64,000 nucleotides of DNA, from assembly GCA_039818205.1 (NCBI GenBank), contig JBCBUK010000006.1, forward strand, positions 192,001 through 256,000. The letters are read 5' to 3'. Both the position numbers and the translations under genes were made by a program. This stretch comes from Verrucomicrobiota bacterium. Its GTDB lineage: Bacteria > Verrucomicrobiota > Verrucomicrobiia > Opitutales > Cerasicoccaceae. Positions within the stretch are counted from its first letter, which is position 1; each line of letters opens with the position of its first letter. This document shows positions 1 to 9,525 of this stretch, one piece after another. Below the pieces are notes generated by a model. The model was not told where the DNA came from, ran no database searches, and saw nothing but the letters and a program-made list of their open reading frames with translations.

Positions 1-1
1 T

Positions 2-1102
2 GGCTTTACTTCGGTAGTTGGCACAGCGCAGCGGTTTCACGAGTTGAATCCCGACATCGATATTCACTGGCAGAAGCGCTCCTTACAGGAGTTTGCGGAC
101 AAGCCGTTAAAGCAGCTTGCGGAAGAGTATGATCTGTTAGTGATCGACCATCCGTGGGCTGGCTTCGCGGCCGCGAACGGCATTCTAGCGAATCTAACTG
201 ATCTGCTTTCTTCAGAGTTCCTGGCTGATCAAACGGCCAACTCGGTTGGGCAGTCTCACCCGAGTTACAACTTTGATGGCAAGCAGTGGGGATTGGCGAT
301 CGACGCAGCCTGCCCGGTTTCAGCCTACCGCCCCGATATCCTTGCGGAAAACGGTGCTGAAGTTCCAAAGACCTTTGACGAATTGATGGCGCTTGCGGAG
401 AAAGGCCTTGTTTGCTGTCCAAGCATTGCGCTGGATTGCTACGGGAATTTTCTGAACCTGTTGATGGCTGCCGGCGAGACGATTTTCCCGAATGAGGAAG
501 AGGTCGCCGACCGCGCTGTAGCGATTACTGCTTTGGAGCGCCTCAAGGCTTTCTCGGACCTAATTGAAGATCGCTTCTTCGAGTTGAACCCGATCCGGAC
601 AATGGAAGTGATGTCGCAGGAAGATAAGTTTGCTTACGCGCCTTACACCTATGGCTACACGAATTACTCCCGCAAGGGTTACGCTCCACGGCTATTGCAC
701 TTCGGTGATGTCATAGGCATCGAGGCTGACAAACCCGGAGCGACTATGTTGGGCGGAGCAGGCCTTGCGATATCAGCGCAGTGCAAACACCTCGATGTTG
801 CCAAGGCGTACGCTGAGTTTACCGGGTCAGCCCCGATTCAAAACGGTATCTACTTTGAAGTGGGCGGCCAACCGGGGCACCGCAGTGCTTGGCTCAATGA
901 GGATTTGAACCGCCAAACCGCGGATTTCTTTACCCGCACCTTACCGACGCTGGACCGAGCGTTCGTGCGCCCACGCTACGCTGGCTACTTGGATTTCCAG
1001 GATACCGCCTGCTTACACATCCATGACTACCTCCGCAAGGGTGGCGACGTTGAGTCCACCTTGGATACCGTAAACAAAATCTACCGCGAAACCCGACAAT
1101 GA
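2..1102 (+). CDS. Solute-binding-protein fold (family 1-like), 5'-truncated by the window edge
   Basis: The frame is open from base 2 ([18 protein letters not shown]...), so the TTG at 44 is not the true start. SBP-like motifs [25 protein letters not shown] and LGGAGLAIS. The stop overlaps the next ATG (ATGA). Confidence 0.75.
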   Translation, partial: GFTSVVGTAQRFHELNPDIDIHWQKRSLQEFADKPLKQLAEEYDLLVIDHPWAGFAAANGILANLTDLLSSEFLADQTANSVGQSHPSYNFDGKQWGLAIDAACPVSAYRPDILAENGAEVPKTFDELMALAEKGLVCCPSIALDCYGNFLNLLMAAGETIFPNEEEVADRAVAITALERLKAFSDLIEDRFFELNPIRTMEVMSQEDKFAYAPYTYGYTNYSRKGYAPRLLHFGDVIGIEADKPGATMLGGAGLAISAQCKHLDVAKAYAEFTGSAPIQNGIYFEVGGQPGHRSAWLNEDLNRQTADFFTRTLPTLDRAFVRPRYAGYLDFQDTACLHIHDYLRKGGDVESTLDTVNKIYRETRQ

Positions 1103-2232
1103 GCTTACCCCTAGAAGGAATTACGGTACTGGAATTTAGCCAGTACCTGGCCGGCCCTTATGCCGGACTGCGCCTTGCGGACCTTGGCGCACGCGTGATC
1201 AAGGTTGAACGCCCTGGCGTTGGTGATGCTTGCCGCAAGCTTGCGACAAAAAATCTCTATGTCGACGGCGACAGTTTGGTTTTCCACACGATTAACCGAA
1301 ACAAGGAATCCTTTGCAGCCAACTTGAAGGACCCGGCAGACGTGGAAAAGGTGAAGCAATTGATCGCTACGGCAGACGTAATGACCCATAATTTCCGTCC
1401 CGGCGTGATGGATAAAATCGGCCTCGACTACGATAAGGTCAAGGCGATCAACTCATCGATTGTTTATGGAACAGTCACGGGCTACGGAAAGGTAGGCCCA
1501 TGGAAGGACAAACCGGGGCAGGACTTGTTGGCGCAATCGATGTCGGGGTTGACCTGGCTTTCAGGCAAGGCGGATGGTCTCCCGGTTCCTTTCGGCGTGG
1601 CGACCGCGGACATGCTCTGTGGAACTCACCTCGCTCAAGGCATTATGGCAGCATTGGTTCAGCGGGGACGAACCGGTGAGGGAACCACTGTTGAGGTGAG
1701 TTTGCTTGAGTCGATGATCGATTTTCAGTTCGAAGTCTTAACGACGCACTTGAGCGATGGTGGCCGCTTGCCAATGCGGGCCAAGGTAAGCAATGCACAT
1801 GCGTATCTTGGAGCTCCTTACGGCATTTACAAAACCTCGGATGGCCATATTGCCATTGCCATGGGATCTTTAAAGACCTTGTCCGAACTGATTGGTTGCG
1901 GACCTCTCGAAGGTGATTCCTTTGGCGAGCGCGATGCCATTCAGGCTCAGTTAGCAGACCACTTGGCGACTCAGTCTACCCAACATTGGTTAGATATTCT
2001 GGAGCCTGCCGACTACTGGTGTGCAGACGTGTTCTCTTACGCAAAGCTGATGGCGCACACGGGTTATCAGGTGCTCCAGATGGAACAGGAAGTGACGCGT
2101 CCGAACGGCACGAGCGTGAAAACCTTGCGTTGTCCAATTCGTATTGACGGCGAGCGCATCTTTTCCGATCGCGCCTCGCCAGTACTCGGAGAAGCCAATG
2201 GACGTTTAGAACAGGAGGTATTCAATGGGTAA
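1099..2232 (+). CDS. Family III (CaiB/BaiF) CoA transferase, copy 1
   Basis: [44 protein letters not shown]; catalytic Asp region ATADMLCG. Confidence 0.93.
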   Translation: MSLPLEGITVLEFSQYLAGPYAGLRLADLGARVIKVERPGVGDACRKLATKNLYVDGDSLVFHTINRNKESFAANLKDPADVEKVKQLIATADVMTHNFRPGVMDKIGLDYDKVKAINSSIVYGTVTGYGKVGPWKDKPGQDLLAQSMSGLTWLSGKADGLPVPFGVATADMLCGTHLAQGIMAALVQRGRTGEGTTVEVSLLESMIDFQFEVLTTHLSDGGRLPMRAKVSNAHAYLGAPYGIYKTSDGHIAIAMGSLKTLSELIGCGPLEGDSFGERDAIQAQLADHLATQSTQHWLDILEPADYWCADVFSYAKLMAHTGYQVLQMEQEVTRPNGTSVKTLRCPIRIDGERIFSDRASPVLGEANGRLEQEVFNG

Positions 2233-3379
2233 GCTATCACTACCACTCGAGGGGATTACGGTTCTCGATTTCAGTCAGTTCTTATCGGGGCCTTCTGCCA
2301 GTCTGCGTTTGGCCGACATGGGTGCGAGAGTGATCAAGGTCGAGCGCCCAGAAACCGGTGATATCTGCCGCCAGCTGTACATCTCGAATACCGAGGTCGA
2401 TGGTGAGTCGACGGTGTTTCATGCGATTAATCGCAACAAGGAGAGCTACTGCGCCAATCTCAAAAACGAATTTGATTGCGAGAAAGTACGCCAGCTTATC
2501 GCTAAGGTGGATGTTGTGATGCACAACTTTCGCCCGGATGTGATGACCCGTTTGGGCTTTGATTATGAGTCGGTGAAAGCAATTAATCCTAGCGTTGTTT
2601 ACGGTGTCATCTCCGGCTATGGAGAGGAGGGGCCGTGGAAGGGGAAGCCTGGGCAAGACTTGCTCGTGCAGTCACTCAGTGGCTTGACGTGGTTGAGCGG
2701 CAATGCGGGTGATGGACCCGTTCCGATGGGGTTGGCGATGGTGGATATTTTCGCCGGTGCCCACCTTGCACAAGGTATCCTTGCCGCCCTCGTTCGGCGG
2801 GGAGTTTCCGGCCAGGGTTCGCTGGTCGAGGTCAGTATGCTGGAGTCGATCCTCGATTTCCAGTTCGAGCCGTTCACCGTTTATTTTCAAGATGGGGGTG
2901 AAGAGCCGGAGCGCACCGCAAGCAATAGTGCCCACGCTTTGCTTGGCGCTCCCTACGGTGTTTATCAAACCACGGACGGTTATCTGTCTCTGGCAATGGG
3001 GTCGATTACGCAACTGGGTGAATTGCTTTCGTGCCCGGCACTCCTCGAGTTCCCGGATCCAGCGAGTTGGTTTACGCAACGAGATGAGATCAAGCAGATC
3101 CTGGCAGATCACCTGGTGACGGGGTCCACGCAGCAATGGTTGGATATCCTTGAAGCCGCCGACATCTGGTGCGCCAAGATCTTGGACTGGCATGAGCTCT
3201 TTGAGCATGAGGGCTTCAAGGTGCTTGATATGCTTCAGCACGTGACCCGTGGTAGCGGTGCCTCTTACGGAACCACGCGCATACCGATCAAATTCGGTGG
3301 CATTCGAGAGAAATCTGCGCTTGGCTCGCCCAAGGTTGGTGAGCATACTGACCAAATTGAACAAGAATTTCTGTCGTGA
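2225..3379 (+). CDS. Family III (CaiB/BaiF) CoA transferase, copy 2
   Basis: [44 protein letters not shown]; catalytic Asp region AMVDIFAG. Colinear paralog of copy 1, overlapping it by 8 nt. Confidence 0.93.
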   Translation: MGKLSLPLEGITVLDFSQFLSGPSASLRLADMGARVIKVERPETGDICRQLYISNTEVDGESTVFHAINRNKESYCANLKNEFDCEKVRQLIAKVDVVMHNFRPDVMTRLGFDYESVKAINPSVVYGVISGYGEEGPWKGKPGQDLLVQSLSGLTWLSGNAGDGPVPMGLAMVDIFAGAHLAQGILAALVRRGVSGQGSLVEVSMLESILDFQFEPFTVYFQDGGEEPERTASNSAHALLGAPYGVYQTTDGYLSLAMGSITQLGELLSCPALLEFPDPASWFTQRDEIKQILADHLVTGSTQQWLDILEAADIWCAKILDWHELFEHEGFKVLDMLQHVTRGSGASYGTTRIPIKFGGIREKSALGSPKVGEHTDQIEQEFLS

Positions 3380-4170
3380 CTGAATTGAGATCAGAGGTGT
3401 TGGTTGGCTTTTCCAGTGGTGGAAATGTTGGACATATTGTGTTTAATCGCCCGCCGGCCAACGCGTATGATCTTACCTTTCACGAGCAGTTCAACGAGGC
3501 GATTGATGCTGCTGAGCTGAGTGATGCCCGTGCAATCATCTTGGTGAGCGCTTTGGAGCGTTTCTTCTGCGCCGGGGCGGATATCAAGGCATTTGCCAGT
3601 AACAGCACCGCGGACAACAAGGCGATGGTCGCTTCGGCACAGCAAGCATTATCAAAGATTGAAGGAAGTCCCAAAGCCTACATAGCTTGCATTGCTGGAC
3701 ATTGCCTTGGCGGTGGCCTGGAAATCGCGATGGCCTGCGACATCCGCTTTGGGTCCGAAGGCGCTTACAAGCTGGGCTTGCCCGAAGCGCGTTTGGGATT
3801 GCTGCCGGGCAATGGTGGCTCTCAACGTTTGCCACGTCTGGTGGGTCCCAGCCAGGCCTTTGTGATGCTCGCCAGTGGAGAAAGCATCGGGCCTGAGGAA
3901 GCGCTGCGCATTGGCCTGTTGAACCAAGTTTTTCCGGAAAAAGGCGCGATGTTGCAGCACGCAGAATCGTTGGCGAACTCGATCGCACACTCGGCACCAC
4001 TCGCGGTGGCTGCATCCAAACGCGCGGTGAACGACGGCTTGGCGTTGCCGCTTAAGGAGGCACTGCGCCTAGAAGCCGAGCTACTGGAAAGTCTTTATGA
4101 AACTGATGACGCCAAAGAAGGCTTCAACGCCTTCGTTGAGAAGCGTCAGCCTAGATACCATGGCAAGTAA
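3376..4170 (+). CDS. Enoyl-CoA hydratase/isomerase (crotonase superfamily)
   Basis: FCAGADI oxyanion motif. [11 protein letters not shown] and [14 protein letters not shown] carry both catalytic Glu. The GTG start overlaps the upstream stop (GTGA). Confidence 0.93.
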   Translation: MTELRSEVLVGFSSGGNVGHIVFNRPPANAYDLTFHEQFNEAIDAAELSDARAIILVSALERFFCAGADIKAFASNSTADNKAMVASAQQALSKIEGSPKAYIACIAGHCLGGGLEIAMACDIRFGSEGAYKLGLPEARLGLLPGNGGSQRLPRLVGPSQAFVMLASGESIGPEEALRIGLLNQVFPEKGAMLQHAESLANSIAHSAPLAVAASKRAVNDGLALPLKEALRLEAELLESLYETDDAKEGFNAFVEKRQPRYHGK

Positions 4171-4198
4171 CCGACTATCACCCAACAACCGATCCATT

Positions 4199-5659
4199 AT
4201 GAGTACCTCATCCTCTATCGACATCCAGTCTTACAGTTGTTACATTAACGGCAAGTTTACTGACTCGGCCAACGGAGCAATTATTGAAGTTGAAAATCCT
4301 GCCAACGGACAGGTCTTTGCCACTGTCCCCGCTTGCACCACTGATCAGGCGATGGAGGCATTGGATGCCGCTGAGAAAGCACAACCAGCGTGGCAGGCAA
4401 TGCCGCCCGCCGAGCGTGCTGGCCATCTTTATAAGCTCGCCGATGGCTTGACGGAGCAGCGTGAGCATTTTGCAAAACTCTTGGTGTTGGAACAAGGAAA
4501 GCCCTTCGCCCAGGCTCTCGGTGAGGTGGACGATACGATTCGCTACATCACTTACTCGGCCGAAGCAGGGCGTCGAATTTGCGGTGAGATCCTCCCGTCC
4601 GATTCGCCGAACGAACAGCTTTACATTTATCGAGTTCCCCATGGCGTCACGGTCGGGCTTTGTGCTTTCAACTATCCTTTGGCGTTGATCGGTCGCAAGA
4701 TTGGTCCTGCTTTGATCACGGGGAATACCATGGTGGTGAAGCCGCACGATGTCACTCCAGTGACTGGATGTGAGTTTGCGAAGTTGATTGAGGCTTCCGG
4801 TATGCCGGCCGGTGTTCTTTCGGTGATCACGGGATCGACCGCCGAAGTTGGGGGACCGCTCGTCGAAGACCCACGCACCCGGTTGATCACGATGACTGGT
4901 AGTATCCGCGCGGGGCAGGCCATTTATGCAGCGGCGGCGAAGAACATGACCGTGCTGTCCCTGGAGCTTGGCGGTAAGGCCCCCTATATCGTGCTTGAGG
5001 ATGCCGATGTTGATGCCGCCGTTGAGGCTGCCGTGATTGCCCGTTACGCGAATTGCGGCCAGGTTTGTATATGCAATGAGTCAGTCATGGTGCACGAAAA
5101 GATTGCCCAGGAGTTTACCGATAAGTTGATGCAGCGGGTGGCCGAGCTTCCAGTGGGTGATCCAATGAAAGATATTGGCATGGGACCCAGCACCAGCACG
5201 CCTGGGTTGGAGCGCGTCTTTGACATTGTGGAGAAGACAGTCGCCGAAGGAGCTGAGCTAGCGATCGGTGGTAAGCGGCCGGAAGGCGCTGAATTTGAAC
5301 GTGGGAATTGGATTGAGCCGACGGTTCTGCTCAATGCCAAACCGGATATGACGGCTCTCCGGGAAGAGATCTTTGGTCCGGTATTGCCAGTGGTAACGAT
5401 TTCCAGCTACGAGGAGGCGCTGTCGATCAGCAATGCCCGTAATGATGGCCTCTCTGCTTACCTGTGGACGAAGGACCACTCCCGCGTTATGCACGCGATC
5501 AACAATCTGCAGACTGGGACGATCTTCGTAAACAAGGGCATCTGTGGCTACATTCAAGGTTACCATAACGGACACAAGCTTAGTGGTCTTGGCGGCGAAG
5601 ATGGCACGCATGGACTCGAGGGTTACCTGCAAAAGCGGACGGTCTACATGACCTGGTAA
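4199..5659 (+). CDS. NAD(P)-dependent aldehyde dehydrogenase, paralog of AHG dehydrogenase
   Basis: [36 protein letters not shown]. Start moved to ATG 4199, which gives 486 aa, the same length as the paralog at 11680-13140. Confidence 0.9.
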   Translation: MSTSSSIDIQSYSCYINGKFTDSANGAIIEVENPANGQVFATVPACTTDQAMEALDAAEKAQPAWQAMPPAERAGHLYKLADGLTEQREHFAKLLVLEQGKPFAQALGEVDDTIRYITYSAEAGRRICGEILPSDSPNEQLYIYRVPHGVTVGLCAFNYPLALIGRKIGPALITGNTMVVKPHDVTPVTGCEFAKLIEASGMPAGVLSVITGSTAEVGGPLVEDPRTRLITMTGSIRAGQAIYAAAAKNMTVLSLELGGKAPYIVLEDADVDAAVEAAVIARYANCGQVCICNESVMVHEKIAQEFTDKLMQRVAELPVGDPMKDIGMGPSTSTPGLERVFDIVEKTVAEGAELAIGGKRPEGAEFERGNWIEPTVLLNAKPDMTALREEIFGPVLPVVTISSYEEALSISNARNDGLSAYLWTKDHSRVMHAINNLQTGTIFVNKGICGYIQGYHNGHKLSGLGGEDGTHGLEGYLQKRTVYMTW

Positions 5660-5699
5660 GCCTTGTCTTATCCACAGGATCCATTCTACTGGCGGGACC

Positions 5700-6548
5700 A
5701 TGTCTATTCCAATTATTGATACTCATCAGCACTTAGTTTACGGTGATCGTTGGCCATACTCGTGGACTGCCGATATCCCGGCGCTTGCCAACCGTAACTT
5801 TCATTACAGCGATTACCTTGCCGAGATTGAAGGCACAGGCATTGCCGGCACGGCTTTCATGGAGACCTCGCCCGACGACCCGCATTGGTTGGACGAGACC
5901 AAGTTTGTGGATTCACTGAGCCAGGAACCTGGTTCACTGATTCGTGGACTGCTCGCCAACTGTCGCCCAGAAGACGATGGTTTCGAGGCCTACCTCGATT
6001 CGATCGCAGAGTATGGCGTTCGCGGATTGCGACGTATCTTGCACGTTGCGCCCGAAGGCACCGCTGAGTCCCCGCACTTTATCCCAAATTTGAAGCTCTT
6101 GGCTTCACGTGGTTGGACCTTTGACCTTTGTTTGTTTGAGAAGCAGCTACCCACCGGTGAACGTCTGGCGTCGGCTTGCCCCGAGGTTCAATTTGTCTTG
6201 GATCATTGTGGTGTGCCGGACATTCAGGGCGGCGATTTCAAGGCCTGGTCTGAGCGCATTGAGAGTATCGCCAAGGTGGACAACATCGCCTGTAAGATCT
6301 CGGGCATCATGGCCTATTGCCCAGAAAATGAAGTCACCGCTGATAAGGTGCGTCCCTACGTTGAGCACTGCATCGAATCCTTCGGCTGGGATCGTGTTGT
6401 CTGGGGCAGTGACTGGCCCGTGTTGACCATTACCTCGAACATTCGCAACTGGGTCGCTGCCACCCGCGAAATCATTTCGGGTGAGAGTGAGGACAACCAA
6501 GCCAAGCTCCTCCACCGGAACGCCGAGCGCATTTACCGACTCCAATAA
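5700..6548 (+). CDS. Amidohydrolase_2 family, sugar lactonase-like (L-fuconolactonase type)
   Basis: IIDTHQHL, VRGLRRILH, VLDHCGVP, CKISG, WGSDWPV. Confidence 0.82.
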   Translation: MSIPIIDTHQHLVYGDRWPYSWTADIPALANRNFHYSDYLAEIEGTGIAGTAFMETSPDDPHWLDETKFVDSLSQEPGSLIRGLLANCRPEDDGFEAYLDSIAEYGVRGLRRILHVAPEGTAESPHFIPNLKLLASRGWTFDLCLFEKQLPTGERLASACPEVQFVLDHCGVPDIQGGDFKAWSERIESIAKVDNIACKISGIMAYCPENEVTADKVRPYVEHCIESFGWDRVVWGSDWPVLTITSNIRNWVAATREIISGESEDNQAKLLHRNAERIYRLQ

Positions 6549-6575
6549 GAAGCTAATCGCAACCGAGAAACCCTA

Positions 6576-7643
6576 ATGATCGACTATCATCCCCAGCTCC
6601 CTCAAGAGAAGCGTCCCATCTATATTATTGGTGCGGGCGGCATCGTGAAAGACGCCCATTTACCTGCCTATCGCAAAGCCGGTTTTGAGGTGGCGGGTAT
6701 TACGAACCGAACCCGCGCGCGTGCCGATGGTTTGGCTGAGCAATTCGGAATCCCGAACGTTTTTGATAGCATTGAGGAGCTAATTGCTGCTGCGCCCGAA
6801 AATGCTATTTTCGATTTGACGCTCATGCCAGCACAGTTCGTCCCAACCTTGGAGCTGTTGCCGGATGGAGCCGCCGTATTGATTCAAAAGCCAATGGGTG
6901 ATTCGCTGCCCGAGGCTTTGGAGATTCTGGAGGTGTGCCGCCGCAAGAAGCTCGTGGCCGCCATCAATTGCCAATTGCGGTTTGCGCCATTCGTCATTGC
7001 AGCGCGCAATCTCGTGCAAAGTGGCGCGATCGGTGAGCTCTATGATATGGAGATTCGCGTATCGGTGCAGACGCCGTGGGATCTGTTTCCAAACGTAAAA
7101 TTTCATCCGCGTCTAGAGATTGCTCAGCACTCGGTGCACCACATCGACTTAGTACGCTCCTTCCTCGGTAACCCCCAATCGGTGATGGCCAAGACCGTGG
7201 CCCATCCCGCGAAACCGATGTCTTCCACGCGGACGGGCATGATCCTGGACTACGGAAACAAGTGCCGCGCAGTGCTCAGCGTGAATCACGACCATGATTT
7301 CGGGGCTGATAACCAGGAGAGCTTCATCAAGTGGGAAGGAACCAAGGGGGCGATCAAGGCCCGTATGGGGCTGTTGATGAACTACCCTGACGGAGCACCG
7401 GACAAGTTTGAGTATTGTTTGGTCAAGGAAGGTGAGAAGCCCGCATGGATCGAGCAGAAGCTGGAAGGTTCGTGGTTTCCGGAGGCTTTTATTGGCTCGA
7501 TGTCGAGCTTGATGTGTTTCGTTGAAGGCTTGGTAGATGAGATGCCAACGAGTGTCGAAAACGTGGTCAACACCATGGCGGTGGTTGAAGCCGCCTATGT
7601 CTCAAACGAGGCCGGGGGCATTGTGCCCGATTATCAAAGTTAG
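6576..7643 (+). CDS. Gfo/Idh/MocA family oxidoreductase (probable sugar dehydrogenase)
   Basis: IIGAGGIV Rossmann motif, VLIQKP, QLRFAP, HSVHHID. Confidence 0.85.
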   Translation: MIDYHPQLPQEKRPIYIIGAGGIVKDAHLPAYRKAGFEVAGITNRTRARADGLAEQFGIPNVFDSIEELIAAAPENAIFDLTLMPAQFVPTLELLPDGAAVLIQKPMGDSLPEALEILEVCRRKKLVAAINCQLRFAPFVIAARNLVQSGAIGELYDMEIRVSVQTPWDLFPNVKFHPRLEIAQHSVHHIDLVRSFLGNPQSVMAKTVAHPAKPMSSTRTGMILDYGNKCRAVLSVNHDHDFGADNQESFIKWEGTKGAIKARMGLLMNYPDGAPDKFEYCLVKEGEKPAWIEQKLEGSWFPEAFIGSMSSLMCFVEGLVDEMPTSVENVVNTMAVVEAAYVSNEAGGIVPDYQS

Positions 7644-7660
7644 TTCCAAATCAATTTATA

Positions 7661-8677
7661 ATGAAAGCAGTCTATTACAACGGTAACGCGGATTTCTCCG
7701 TCGGTGAATGCAAGCCAGTTTCACCGGCTGCCGGCGAAATTCGATTAGAAGTTTCTTATTGCGGTGTCTGCGGCACCGATATCCACATTGCGCATGGCGC
7801 CATGGATGCACGGGTGCCATCACCCATGGTCATTGGGCACGAAATGTCTGGCACCATTGCGGAGATAGGCGATGGGGTTGACGGGTTTGCTGTCGGCGAA
7901 AAAGTGGTCGTGCGCCCGCTTGACAATCGTGGCGAGACCGCTGCTGACCGCGGCTATAGTCACATTTGCCAAGACCTAAAGTTTATTGGCATCGATGCGC
8001 CAGGAGCATTTCAAAGCTCGTGGACAGTTCCTGCTTTTACGGTACACAAGGTACCCGCCGCCGTTGACCTAAAGCTGGCTGCGTTGGTGGAGCCATTGGC
8101 GGTTGCATGTCACGATGTTCGATTGGGCAAAGTTCAGAAGGATGAGCTTGCGTTCGTACTTGGTGGTGGACCGATTGGCATGCTTGTCGCCATGGTGGCC
8201 AAGCATGCGGGAGCACGTGTCGTCGTTTCTGAGATTAGTCCTTTCCGTTTGGATTTTGCCCGCTCGCTTGGGATGGAAGCTGTGAATCCGATGGAGACTG
8301 ATTTACCGACTTGGGCCCGAGAGCAAAGTGGTGGTAGCGGTGCGGATATCGTGTTTGAAGTATCGGGCGCCAAAGCTGCGGCTGCCTCGATGACCGATCT
8401 TCTCGCAATTCGTGGTCGGATTGTGGTGGTTGCGATCTACCCGAAGCCTGTTGAGATTAATCTGTTCCAGTTTTTCTGGAAGGAACTACGAATGAGCGGT
8501 GCCCGCGTTTATGAGCCAGAAGATTATGAGAAGGCGATTGAACTGATCGCTAGTGGAGAGTTGCCGCTGGACAAGATGATCTCCCAAGTCGAGCCATTGG
8601 AGAAGCTGCCTCAAGTCTTCAAGGACCTGGATAGCAATCCAGAGGCGATGAAGATTTTGATCGACTGCCAATCTTAA
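7661..8677 (+). CDS. Zn-dependent MDR dehydrogenase, likely 2-keto-3-deoxy-L-galactonate 5-dehydrogenase
   Basis: CGVCGTDIH, GHEMSG, VEPLAVACHDV, GGGPIG. Lies directly upstream of a KduD-type gene and near the AHG genes; the substrate is inferred from context. Confidence 0.8.
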   Translation: MKAVYYNGNADFSVGECKPVSPAAGEIRLEVSYCGVCGTDIHIAHGAMDARVPSPMVIGHEMSGTIAEIGDGVDGFAVGEKVVVRPLDNRGETAADRGYSHICQDLKFIGIDAPGAFQSSWTVPAFTVHKVPAAVDLKLAALVEPLAVACHDVRLGKVQKDELAFVLGGGPIGMLVAMVAKHAGARVVVSEISPFRLDFARSLGMEAVNPMETDLPTWAREQSGGSGADIVFEVSGAKAAAASMTDLLAIRGRIVVVAIYPKPVEINLFQFFWKELRMSGARVYEPEDYEKAIELIASGELPLDKMISQVEPLEKLPQVFKDLDSNPEAMKILIDCQS

Positions 8678-8695
8678 TCTAAAACACGAAATAAC

Positions 8696-9466
8696 ATGAG
8701 TATTCTAAACCAATTTGATCTCTCTGGAAAAGTTGCCCTCGTTACGGGTTGTAAGCGCGGCATTGGTAAAGCGATGGCGATTGCCCTGGCGGAAGCCGGA
8801 GCCGATGTTATCGGCGTAAGCGCTAGCTTGGAAACCAGTGGTAGCGCCGTTGAGCAGGCAGTCACTGCCTTGGGGCGTAAGTTTACGGCTTACCAATGCG
8901 ACTTTAGTGACCGTGAGTCACTGTATAAGTTCATTGAGCAGGCCAAGTCCGACAACCCGGTGATCGATATCCTCGTAAACAATGCTGGCACAATCCTCCG
9001 GAAGCCTGCTGCTGAGCACGGCGACGATCTCTGGGACAAGGTCATTGAGGTGAACCTGAACGCCCAGTTTATTTTGACGCGTGAGATTGGCAAGGAGATG
9101 GTTACGCGTGGATCCGGTAAGGTGATCTTCACCGCATCGCTCTTGACCTTTCAGGGTGGCATCACGGTTCCTGGCTACGCCGCGAGTAAGGGCGCCGTTG
9201 GTCAGTTGACCATGGCATTTGCTAATGAATGGGCTGGCAAGGGGGTGAACGTTAATGCGATCGCTCCAGGCTATATCGATACCGATAACACCGAGGCATT
9301 GCGAAACGATCCCGTCCGCAGCGAACAAATCCTGGCTCGAATCCCAGCTGGTCGTTGGGGTAAGCCCGAGGACTTTATGGGGCCGACCGTGTTTCTGGCG
9401 TCACCCGCAGCCGATTACATGAGCGGGCACGTGATGCTTGTCGATGGTGGCTGGATGGGCCGCTAG
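8696..9466 (+). CDS. kduD: 2-dehydro-3-deoxy-D-gluconate 5-dehydrogenase / 2,5-diketo-3-deoxy-L-galactonate reductase (SDR)
   Basis: TGCKRGIG, NNAG, ASLLTFQGGITVPGYAASKG, ARIPAGRWG, VDGGWMGR are all typical KduD motifs. Confidence 0.88.
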   Translation: MSILNQFDLSGKVALVTGCKRGIGKAMAIALAEAGADVIGVSASLETSGSAVEQAVTALGRKFTAYQCDFSDRESLYKFIEQAKSDNPVIDILVNNAGTILRKPAAEHGDDLWDKVIEVNLNAQFILTREIGKEMVTRGSGKVIFTASLLTFQGGITVPGYAASKGAVGQLTMAFANEWAGKGVNVNAIAPGYIDTDNTEALRNDPVRSEQILARIPAGRWGKPEDFMGPTVFLASPAADYMSGHVMLVDGGWMGR

Positions 9467-9486
9467 AAGATGGAAACAGCTTTGAT

Positions 9487-9516
9487 AAAGGGCGTGTCGG
9501 TTGGCACGCCCTTTTT
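9487..9516. terminator. Intrinsic terminator between convergent genes, probably bidirectional
   Basis: AAAGGGCGTG(tcggttgg)CACGCCCTTT, 10-bp perfect stem followed by a T run. Confidence 0.85.
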
Positions 9517-9525
9517 GTTGATGAT

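Noticed and set aside
4097..4198. N-terminal extension of the ALDH given in the ORF track
   Set aside because: It overlaps the crotonase by 74 nt. ATG 4199 gives the same length as the paralog.
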